From assembly GCA_946624925.1 (NCBI GenBank), contig CAMOSO010000072.1:84896-148895 (forward strand): 64,000 bases of DNA, written 5' to 3'. Each line of letters begins with the position of its first letter. The stretch's first letter is position 1. Below are positions 54,980-64,000 of this stretch, piece by piece. Origin of the DNA: an uncultured Bacteroidales bacterium. Lineage in GTDB: Bacteria > Bacteroidota > Bacteroidia > Bacteroidales > UBA3824. The position numbers and the translations under genes were made by a program. The notes below the pieces were generated by a model that saw nothing but the letters and a program-made list of their open reading frames with translations, searched no databases and was not told the DNA's origin.

Positions 54980-57250
54980 ATGAAAACTAACTTTCGAAAC
55001 ATCGCAATATTAATATTCTCGCTGCTGCTGGCATACATACTGGTAGCCACGTACCTCGTGTACGACGACTACAAAGTAAGCCTCAACCAGACTATCAAGA
55101 CCTCCGTCAGGTACGGACAGTACAAGTCGGACGAGATTTCGTCGTACCTCAATTCAAGCGTTCAGACCGCCAACACAATAGGTAACATGTTGGCTTCCGC
55201 CCGCGAAAAATACGGCTACGACCTCATACCTTTCGTAGAGCAGAGCCTGCAGACCCTCTGCATCGACAATCCGCAGTTTGCCTCAATCACTGTTACATGG
55301 GAATTTTCTGCCGTGTGCAAATCGTGGAGCCGTCCATACGGTCGCCTCGTCATGAAGGCATACATGCTCGATGGTCGCCCCAAAATCATAAAAGACACCG
55401 TGGACCTCGAAGGCGAATACGTCAGCGAAAATTACTACCAGATGAAAAACGGCTCGATGCACACGCTTTTCACCAGTCCAGAAATCAATACCAACGATTA
55501 CATCTCTCATGCCGAGTCGCAGCTATGCACATCTATTGCAACAAGGATTATGCTCCACGACACCTTCATTGGCATCGTGGAAGCCGAACTGCCGCTCTCT
55601 CACATAGCCAAGGCTCTCGACATTATGCCGCCTGATTATGCAGGCAAGCCTTTCATCATAGCAAGCAACGGCAAAATCTACTGCCACTCAAACAAAGACC
55701 TCGACCGCACCAACTTCCTCGACGCCTATGCAGACATTGAAAAAGACGACGAAGTGGCGCAGTCGCTTACGGAATCGCTCGTATGCAGCACCGACTACCG
55801 CGACCGCGACGGCAACAAGTCCCATATCACGCTCATCCCGATTACCGTAAAAGACAGCGGAAAGCCCTGGACGTTAGTATCGGAAATTCACTACAGCCGT
55901 ATCGTTAAGCAGACCATCAGGAAGATAATGCCGTACTTCCTGCTATCGTTCCTCGGTCTATGCATAATGGTGTTCTTCACCCTCACATTCGTAAGAAAAT
56001 CATCCAACCCGATGCAGCAGGCTTCCCTAATGCTCAATTACATCGACCGTGGCGAATACGACAAAGTGGAGCACCTCGAATCGTCCGACGAGGAAATCAA
56101 TACATTCTACAAGTCGCTAAACATCTTCGCCGAAAAAATCCAGAAGACAACGCAGTTTGCACGAAGCATCGGTAGCGGCGACCTCAACATCAAATACGAA
56201 ATCGACAGCCAAAACGCACTCGACGCCGCGCTCATCGACATGCAGAAAAACCTCCAGCACGCCCGCGAAGAAGAGGAAAACCGAAAGGCTGAAAACGAAA
56301 AACTCTCCTGGTCGCAAAACGGTCTTGCTCAGCTCGGCGAATACCTCCGTATGAGCAACATCGACATTTCCGAATTTGCCTTCAACGTCATCAGCTTCCT
56401 CGTCAAGTACGTGGGCGCATTGCAGGGCGGCATCTTCATTTCGGAAGAGCAAGAAGGCACCAAATACCTCAGCCTCAAAGCCGCATACGCCTTCGACCGC
56501 AAAAAACAACTCGAAGGCCGCGTAGAATTTGGCGAAAGCCTCGTAGGACGCTGCGCCATCGAAGGCAAGACCATCTTCCTCACCGACATTCCCGACGGAT
56601 ACCTTTATATAACATCAGGCCTCGGCGAAAACAAGCCCCGCTGCCTGCTCCTCGTGCCGCTCGTGTTTGAAGACGAAGTGCACGGTGTCATCGAGATTGC
56701 CTCTATCAAAATGATAGAAGAATACCAGATTACGTTCTTCAACAGCGTTGCTGAACGTATCGCGTCGTCCATCAGCAACATCAAGAAAAACATCAACACT
56801 GCCGAACTCCTCGAAAAATTCCGCACACAGAGCGACGAACTCGCATTCCGCGAGACCGAAATCCAAAAATCACTCGCTGGAATCAAAGAATCGCGCGCAG
56901 AGATTGGCAAACTCCAATACGAAACCGAAGCCATCCTCGACGCGCTCGCCGACACTTGCATCATTACACGCTACGACATCAACGCCGTAGTGCATGATCT
57001 CCGCGACAAGACCCTCGACGTTACCGGCTACAAGCGCAGCGACATCGTTGGCCACAGCCTCCGCGAAATCCTCGCCCTCACCAAAAACGACATGGAAAAC
57101 TTCGACAAATTCTGGGACGAAATCATCAAAGGCAAAAAGAAGAGCCGAAAATTCACACGCGGAGAGCAACTATACCGCGAGACATTCACTCTCATCAAAA
57201 ATGACGAAGGCCAGCCCTACAAGGTCATCAGCGTGGCAATCCCGGTATAA
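54980..57250 (+). CDS. Membrane sensor: Cache-like periplasmic domain, HAMP-like region, GAF, PAS; no output domain
   Basis: Two TM segments, FARSIGSGDL, ALQGGIF, AYAFDRKK, GESLVG, YITSGLGE, GVIEIAS, terminal PAS (TGYKRSDIVG). Confidence 0.8.
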   Translation: MKTNFRNIAILIFSLLLAYILVATYLVYDDYKVSLNQTIKTSVRYGQYKSDEISSYLNSSVQTANTIGNMLASAREKYGYDLIPFVEQSLQTLCIDNPQFASITVTWEFSAVCKSWSRPYGRLVMKAYMLDGRPKIIKDTVDLEGEYVSENYYQMKNGSMHTLFTSPEINTNDYISHAESQLCTSIATRIMLHDTFIGIVEAELPLSHIAKALDIMPPDYAGKPFIIASNGKIYCHSNKDLDRTNFLDAYADIEKDDEVAQSLTESLVCSTDYRDRDGNKSHITLIPITVKDSGKPWTLVSEIHYSRIVKQTIRKIMPYFLLSFLGLCIMVFFTLTFVRKSSNPMQQASLMLNYIDRGEYDKVEHLESSDEEINTFYKSLNIFAEKIQKTTQFARSIGSGDLNIKYEIDSQNALDAALIDMQKNLQHAREEEENRKAENEKLSWSQNGLAQLGEYLRMSNIDISEFAFNVISFLVKYVGALQGGIFISEEQEGTKYLSLKAAYAFDRKKQLEGRVEFGESLVGRCAIEGKTIFLTDIPDGYLYITSGLGENKPRCLLLVPLVFEDEVHGVIEIASIKMIEEYQITFFNSVAERIASSISNIKKNINTAELLEKFRTQSDELAFRETEIQKSLAGIKESRAEIGKLQYETEAILDALADTCIITRYDINAVVHDLRDKTLDVTGYKRSDIVGHSLREILALTKNDMENFDKFWDEIIKGKKKSRKFTRGEQLYRETFTLIKNDEGQPYKVISVAIPV

Positions 57251-57325
57251 TTCTGCAAAAAAATGAAAATATTTTTTTTTAATTGCAGATAAATGATTAA
57301 TTTTGCGCCTTATAAAAGGTGAACC

Positions 57326-58063
57326 ATGTCCAACAAGAGACAAGAGTACATAATAGACTACAAGACATTGGAGTCGGGCACATACGAGTTTGATTATCAT
57401 ATAGATAAGGACTTCTTTTCAATGTTCGACGAGCCGCTTGCGCAAGACGGAAATGCCGATGTCCACGCCGCGATGAGAGTAACGTCGGCGGGGCTTAGCA
57501 TACGCCTTGACATATCCGGCACGCTTCAAGTGGAATGTGACCGCTGCCTCGAAACATTCGATATGCCAATCGACGCATCCTACGACCTTGTAGTTAAATA
57601 CGGCGACAAGACCACACCGCTCGACGAAGCCGACGACGTAATCACCATAGGAGACGACGACGACTTCCTCGACCTCAGCCAACACATATATGAATATGTA
57701 GTGTTGAGTCTTCCCGCCCGCCGTGTACACCCCGACCTCCCCGACGGACAGCCAGGCTGCAACCCCGAAATGCTCTCCCACATCATCATCGCCGACGACG
57801 ATGATGATTACAACGAAGAAGGCAACGAGGATTACGACGAAGAAGAAGGCAACGAGGAAGAATATGACGAAGAGTACGATGACGAAGAGTACGATGACGA
57901 AGAAGAAGGCGACGAAGAGTACGACGAAGGCCGCCTTGTTGAGCCCGCTGACATACTTGTCAGCGCCGACCCCTTCGCCGGGCAAGAAATGGAGACCATA
58001 GAGCAAAAACTCTCCCGCGACCCGCATTGGAAAAAAATAAAAGCAAAATTAAATAACATATAA
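57326..58063 (+). CDS. yceD: YceD/DUF177 protein with long acidic insertion
   Basis: ECDRCL, DLSQHIYEYVVLSLP, DPHW..IK; upstream of rpmF. Confidence 0.88.
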   Translation: MSNKRQEYIIDYKTLESGTYEFDYHIDKDFFSMFDEPLAQDGNADVHAAMRVTSAGLSIRLDISGTLQVECDRCLETFDMPIDASYDLVVKYGDKTTPLDEADDVITIGDDDDFLDLSQHIYEYVVLSLPARRVHPDLPDGQPGCNPEMLSHIIIADDDDDYNEEGNEDYDEEEGNEEEYDEEYDDEEYDDEEEGDEEYDEGRLVEPADILVSADPFAGQEMETIEQKLSRDPHWKKIKAKLNNI

Positions 58064-58078
58064 AAATAGTAAAAGAAA

Positions 58079-58270
58079 ATGGCAAATCCAAGAAGCAAGA
58101 TGTCCAAGACAAGAAGGGACAAGAGAAGAACACATTATAAGGCAACCGCACCCACGCTCACAAAGTGCAGCAACTGCGGCGCAACAATCCAGATGCACCA
58201 CGTATGCCCTGAGTGCGGCTACTACCGTGGACAACTCGCCATCGCTACCGAGACTGCGGCAGCAGAGTAA
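58079..58270 (+). CDS. rpmF: 50S ribosomal protein L32 (Zn-ribbon form)
   Basis: MANPRSKMSKTRRDKRRTHYK, CSNC, HHVCPECGYYRG. Confidence 0.97.
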   Translation: MANPRSKMSKTRRDKRRTHYKATAPTLTKCSNCGATIQMHHVCPECGYYRGQLAIATETAAAE

Positions 58271-58293
58271 CCTATGATGGTAGGCAAGATGTC

Positions 58294-58347
58294 AAGACAG
58301 ATGAGGTGCGACTGTGATAGCCGGACTTACCTCATTTGTCTTTTTTT
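58294..58347 (+). terminator. Long hairpin plus T tract between rpmF and fabH
   Basis: AAGACAGATGAGGTG / TACCTCATTTGTCTT followed by T run. Confidence 0.7.
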
Positions 58348-58415
58348 CTGCCCATCCACGCCACACGAATGCAACTAAATTTCTATCCCTTTTCCGACAA
58401 TTTATTTATCACAGA

Positions 58416-59414
58416 ATGAGCAACATCAACGCAGTAATTACAGGCGTGGGAATGTACCTCCCAGAGTACAGGCTCACCAACGACGAACTCTCTAAGATGG
58501 TGGACACCAACGACGAGTGGATCATGAGCCACATGGGCATCAAGGAACGCCGAATACTCAAAGACAAGGACAAGGCATCCGCCTTCATGGGCGCAGAAGC
58601 CGTAAAAGACTTGCTCCAAAAGACCGGCACCAAGCCCGAAGAAATCGACCTCGTAATATGCGCCACAGTAGCGCCAGACTACTTCTTCCCCGCAACAGGC
58701 ATCATCATTGCAGACATGGCAGGTCTCAAAAATGCCTACGCATTCGACCTCCACGCCGCATGTTCAGGTTTCCTGTACGCCATCACGACCGCTTCTAAGT
58801 TCATCAAGGCGGGCACCGAAAAGAAAATAATCGTAGTAGGCGCAGAAAAAATGTCGGCTATCACCGACTACACCGACCGCAAGACCTGTCCGCTCTTTGG
58901 CGACGCTGCATCAGCTGTCCTTTTGGAACCCACAGAAGAAGACCTCGGCATCAAGGACTACATACTCCGTTCCGACGGTGTTGGTGTCAAATACCTACAC
59001 ATGAAAGCGGGAGGCTCGCTCAACCCCGCCTCCGCCGAAACCGTCCAAAACCGCGAACACTTCATCTATCAGGAAGGACAGCCGGTGTTCAAATACGCCG
59101 TAATGCGCATGGCTGACGTATCGGTTGAGATAATGGAGCGCAACGGTCTCAAAGCCAGCGACATCGCATATCTCGTTCCTCATCAGGCAAATCTCCGCAT
59201 CATCGACGCAACTGCACGCCGTATGGAACTCGACCCGTCAAAAGTGATGATCAACATCCACAAATACGGCAACACCACCTCAGCCACAATTCCCCTCTGC
59301 CTCTGCGAGTGGGAAAACCAACTCCACAAGGGCGACAATCTAATCCTCTCCGCATTCGGCGCAGGATTCACGTGGGGCTCTGTATGGCTCAAATGGGGCT
59401 ACGACCCCAAATAA
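58416..59414 (+). CDS. fabH: Beta-ketoacyl-ACP synthase III
   Basis: [36 protein letters not shown]. Confidence 0.96.
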   Translation: MSNINAVITGVGMYLPEYRLTNDELSKMVDTNDEWIMSHMGIKERRILKDKDKASAFMGAEAVKDLLQKTGTKPEEIDLVICATVAPDYFFPATGIIIADMAGLKNAYAFDLHAACSGFLYAITTASKFIKAGTEKKIIVVGAEKMSAITDYTDRKTCPLFGDAASAVLLEPTEEDLGIKDYILRSDGVGVKYLHMKAGGSLNPASAETVQNREHFIYQEGQPVFKYAVMRMADVSVEIMERNGLKASDIAYLVPHQANLRIIDATARRMELDPSKVMINIHKYGNTTSATIPLCLCEWENQLHKGDNLILSAFGAGFTWGSVWLKWGYDPK

Positions 59415-59432
59415 AACAGAAAATTAGGAATC

Positions 59433-59475
59433 GACAATGGGTCAATTGACAACTGTCAATTGCCAATTGTCAATT
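59433..59475. repeat. Heptamer array (GWCAATT-like)
   Basis: gacaatgg gtcaatt gacaact gtcaatt gccaatt gtcaatt. Confidence 0.75.
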
Positions 59476-59489
59476 AAAAAATAATAATT

Positions 59490-60002
59490 ATGGCAAACTT
59501 AAAGGAAATACAAGACTTCATCAGAACAGTCTCCAAAATCGGCATATCTGAGGTTGACGTCCAGACCGACGACCTCAAACTCAACGTCAAATTCCCGACA
59601 GGCGCATTTGCCGCACCCGCTGCCGGCAACGACCCCATCCAAATCCCCTACCATCTCCAAATGGCATCGGGCATTTCACAACAGATGGGCAACCCCGTAC
59701 AAGCCGCCACAACGACCACAACTCCCATTGAGTTCCGCCAAGAGACCAAGGAAGACGACAAGAAGTACCTCACCATCAAATCTCCGATGGTAGGCACATT
59801 CTACCGCCGCCCTTCACCAGACAAGCCCATCTACGTAAACGTTGGCGACGAAATCACCAAAGGAAAGGTATTGTGCGTAATCGAGGCTATGAAACTCTTC
59901 AACGAAATTGAAGCCGAAGTATCGGGCAAAATCGCCAAAATCCTCGTCGAGGACGGCAGCCCCGTTGAGTACGACCAGCCATTGTTCCTCGTTGAACCCT
60001 AA
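59490..60002 (+). CDS. accB: Acetyl-CoA carboxylase biotin carboxyl carrier protein
   Basis: [27 protein letters not shown]. Confidence 0.96.
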   Translation: MANLKEIQDFIRTVSKIGISEVDVQTDDLKLNVKFPTGAFAAPAAGNDPIQIPYHLQMASGISQQMGNPVQAATTTTTPIEFRQETKEDDKKYLTIKSPMVGTFYRRPSPDKPIYVNVGDEITKGKVLCVIEAMKLFNEIEAEVSGKIAKILVEDGSPVEYDQPLFLVEP

Positions 60003-60044
60003 CGCAACGCCAACCCGTTAAAAACGTAAAAAAACGAAACCTCT

Positions 60045-61394
<1,350 letters not shown>

Positions 61395-61404
61395 ACAAAA
61401 ACAT

Positions 61405-61439
61405 TGCGGGCTGTCCTCACTCAGACAGCCCGCATTTTT
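61405..61439 (+). terminator. Intrinsic terminator
   Basis: TGCGGGCTGTC / GACAGCCCGCA then T5. Confidence 0.8.
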
Positions 61440-61453
61440 AATCAAATCAACCC

Positions 61454-61505
61454 GCAGAATCACCCATTCTGTCAACCATAGCAGAATCACCCATTCTGTC
61501 AACCA
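61454..61505. repeat. Two identical 25-bp hairpin units (27-bp period)
   Basis: GCAGAATCACCCATTCTGTCAACCA at 61454 and 61481. Confidence 0.85.
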
Positions 61506-61566
61506 CCCGTTCAGTTAATTAAGCGGAAATTTCATTTCCGCCACGCCACCCCCAACACATACCACA

Positions 61567-62865
61567 ATGAAACCACTCCCCCTCATCGTCCTCATCATCC
61601 TCATCGCCCTATCCCCCACCCTAACCCTTGCCCAAGACACCGCCCACGTCAAAAAAGGCTGGAAATTTGGCGGCGCGCTTCCCGCCATTGGCTACAACAG
61701 CGACAACGGATTCCGATACGGCGTACTTGGCAACGTATATGACTACGGCGACGGCAGCGATTACCCCAACTACCGCAAATCTATCTACGTAGAATGGTCG
61801 CGCACCACCAAAGGCACTGGCAAGAATAATATCATCTACGAGGACAACCACTTCCTCGGCACCGATATGCACCTTACCGCCGATTTCAACTACGCCACCG
61901 AAAAGTCAATCGACTTCTACGGCTTCAACGGATACGAATCATATTATAATTCTGCTTTTGAAGACCAAGACAGCCCCGAATACATCAGCCGCGCATATTA
62001 CCGCATCGGCAGGAAAATGTGGCGTCTTGTGGCAAATTTGCAAGGCAACACCTCAGTGCCGCACCTCAGATGGCTCGGGGGATTTATGTTTTGCGACATC
62101 GACGTATCCGCACCCGACATTCAGAAACTCAACAAGGGCAAATCGGGCAAAGACCTCCTCCCCGAAGCCACGCCAGAGACCAATCTCTACCTCAATTACG
62201 TTGCCAACGGACACATATCCCCCGACGAAGCCGACGGCGGCACGGTTACAGTACTCAAAGGCGGCATCATCTACGACAGCCGCGACGTCCTGATATGCCC
62301 CTCGCGTGGTTTTTGGAACGAGCTTTACATCAACGTTGCACCCTCGTTTCTTGGTTCGGGCGACACCTACGCCACCCTATCGGCAAGCATCAGAGAATAT
62401 TTCCCGATAGTCAACGACAGACTAATCCTCACCTACCGCCTTGTTTACAATACGCTCATTGGCGGCAAAGCACCATATTACATCCTGCCATTCTACTCCG
62501 ACACCAAATTCATCTACGACGGCATCGGCGGCGTCAAGACCGTGCGCGGCGTCAAGCGCGACCGCATACAGGGAGACGGCTACGCATTCGGCAATTTTGA
62601 AGCGCGTTGGAAGTTCGTCAAGACCCGCGCCTTCAATCAAGACATCTACCTTGCCCTCAGTGCCTTCTACGACACCGGACTCGTAACCCGCAAATACGAA
62701 ACCACCGCGCCCAAACACAAAAACGAAAGCCTCCACAACGCTCTCGGCGGAGGCTTTCGCATAGCACTCAACAACAATTTCGTCGTCAGCATCGACTACG
62801 GACAATGTCTCGACAAGCACGACGGCGACAGCGGTCTCTACATCGACATAGGCTGGCTGTGGTAA
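61567..62865 (+). CDS. Omp85/BamA-TamA-superfamily outer membrane barrel without POTRA domains
   Basis: Signal peptide, LPAIGYNSDNGF.YG, YDSRD, GG..TVRG..RDR, FYDTG, terminal YIDIGWLW. Confidence 0.8.
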   Translation: MKPLPLIVLIILIALSPTLTLAQDTAHVKKGWKFGGALPAIGYNSDNGFRYGVLGNVYDYGDGSDYPNYRKSIYVEWSRTTKGTGKNNIIYEDNHFLGTDMHLTADFNYATEKSIDFYGFNGYESYYNSAFEDQDSPEYISRAYYRIGRKMWRLVANLQGNTSVPHLRWLGGFMFCDIDVSAPDIQKLNKGKSGKDLLPEATPETNLYLNYVANGHISPDEADGGTVTVLKGGIIYDSRDVLICPSRGFWNELYINVAPSFLGSGDTYATLSASIREYFPIVNDRLILTYRLVYNTLIGGKAPYYILPFYSDTKFIYDGIGGVKTVRGVKRDRIQGDGYAFGNFEARWKFVKTRAFNQDIYLALSAFYDTGLVTRKYETTAPKHKNESLHNALGGGFRIALNNNFVVSIDYGQCLDKHDGDSGLYIDIGWLW

Positions 62866-62908
62866 TAGTTCAGTTCCTTAAAGGCGGATTTTATCCGCCC
62901 TTCCCCTT

Positions 62909-64000
62909 TCAATATGCCACCCTATACCAGTCGAAATCAGCATTTCCGCCAGCCTTCTTGGTCGAGTAATAGAACAACGCATACCGCTGACCCATAAAGT
63001 GATCGAGCATATAAACCATCTTGAATGTATGTCCAATACCCTTCCACTCTTTGCCATCAAGCGAATAATAAAACTCTGCCGTATCGACACCGTGGCTGCC
63101 AATCTGACTATCGTCATCAACACGTGAAAAATCGCACGACGCCTTCAAATACACCACGTCAGCAGCCACAGGCACCGACGCTACAACGTGCTGCGTACCG
63201 CGCTTTGGAGGCCAACCGCCGGTCTGTTCGCCATCAGGCATATTGTCAACCATCACAATGGACTTCTTGCCGCCCTCGTTGACAACGCCCACATAACCAA
63301 ACTGTCCCGCCAACAACGCCAACCCTGCCACGTCTCCATCATTGAGACCAGAAGCATCGAGACAAACAGAACCATTACACTTGGGACCAAATGTACGCTG
63401 CGTCAACATATTGCGGCTCTGCGTGAAAAGCGTATCGGTACGATCTGTCTTCAACCGCATAAAACCTTTCCTTTCACTGAGCGACCACAACTCATTGACA
63501 GGATTGTGATTCCACTGCCAAACAAGTTTCAACTTGTCGCCGTCAAATTCGTCGCCATCCACAATGCCGGGAATCAAACCCTTACTCTTGGGCAACGCGA
63601 GAGTATCAGGCACTTTGCCATTGGCATCGCCAATCACCGGCCAACCGTCCTTCCATTCCACGGGAACCCAATACGGAATACGACCGACGCCGCCCCTGTC
63701 GCCAAACAGATAAGCGAACCAACGTCCATCGGGAGTGTCAACAAGTCCGCCCTGAGCCACGCCCTTGTCTTGGAACACAACCTTGCCCTCGTAAGGGCCA
63801 AAGAGATTGTCGGCACGATGACATACCACGGTGCGCATACCGCCACGCGGCCATACAATGTTGAAGAGGTAATATTTGCCGTTAATCTTAAACATCTGCG
63901 AACCCTCGCCATTGAGCATCATCTGTTCGCGCCCGCCGGCGGGAAGTCCGGCATCCTCGATAAGCACCTTCTCCGTGCCGTCCACAATGCCGCTAAAATC
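62909..64000 (-). CDS. GH43 glycoside hydrolase with beta-xylosidase C-terminal domain (5' end beyond window)
   Basis: EGSQMFKING.YY, GPYEG, AQGGLVDTPDGRW, DRGGVGR, WQWNHNP, RNMLTQR, FYYSLDG, ADFDWY. Confidence 0.9.
   Translation of the reverse strand, partial: DFSGIVDGTEKVLIEDAGLPAGGREQMMLNGEGSQMFKINGKYYLFNIVWPRGGMRTVVCHRADNLFGPYEGKVVFQDKGVAQGGLVDTPDGRWFAYLFGDRGGVGRIPYWVPVEWKDGWPVIGDANGKVPDTLALPKSKGLIPGIVDGDEFDGDKLKLVWQWNHNPVNELWSLSERKGFMRLKTDRTDTLFTQSRNMLTQRTFGPKCNGSVCLDASGLNDGDVAGLALLAGQFGYVGVVNEGGKKSIVMVDNMPDGEQTGGWPPKRGTQHVVASVPVAADVVYLKASCDFSRVDDDSQIGSHGVDTAEFYYSLDGKEWKGIGHTFKMVYMLDHFMGQRYALFYYSTKKAGGNADFDWYRVAY

Noticed and set aside
61454-61505. Mini-CRISPR
   Set aside because: Only two units, separated by 2 nt

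Overview
Chromosomal segment of a Bacteroidota (probably Bacteroidales) bacterium, judged from TAnnTTTG promoters, T9SS genes (porX, porW/sprE-like, gldA-like, CTD cargo) and the yceD-rpmF-fabH-accB-accC block. Bases 1-14.3 kb are a mosaic accessory region. AT-rich defence modules (DUF4160/DUF2442 pair, three-gene HNH-Lamassu/ABC-3C system, HaeIII-type R-M with two methylases, YhcG/DUF1016, AAA-PD-(D/E)XK) and gene remnants alternate with flavodoxin, aldo-keto reductase and O-acetyltransferase genes. Three of those genes share an upstream operator. Next come cysH, pstSCAB, a SiaC/cytidylate-kinase-like fusion, ispG, rlmI, a second DUF4160/DUF2442 pair, a DIP1984-family gene, an M16 peptidase, a RelE/ParE TA pair, ilvE, a second AT-rich island (BspA-like, DUF4365, AlbA_2 ATPase), then core genes and a partial GH43. 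The strongest unexplained signals are non-coding: (1) a closed ~175-nt multi-hairpin RNA between the DIP1984-family stop codon and its terminator; (2) a ~210-nt two-state terminator/antiterminator leader before the BspA-like gene; (3) an ECF-promoter-driven ~88-nt sRNA candidate complementary to generic translation-start regions; (4) in-frame palindromes in DNA-binding genes; (5) REP-like and heptamer repeats. I found no rRNA, tRNA, CRISPR array, integrase or transposase. All family calls come from motif recognition by eye, not database searches.
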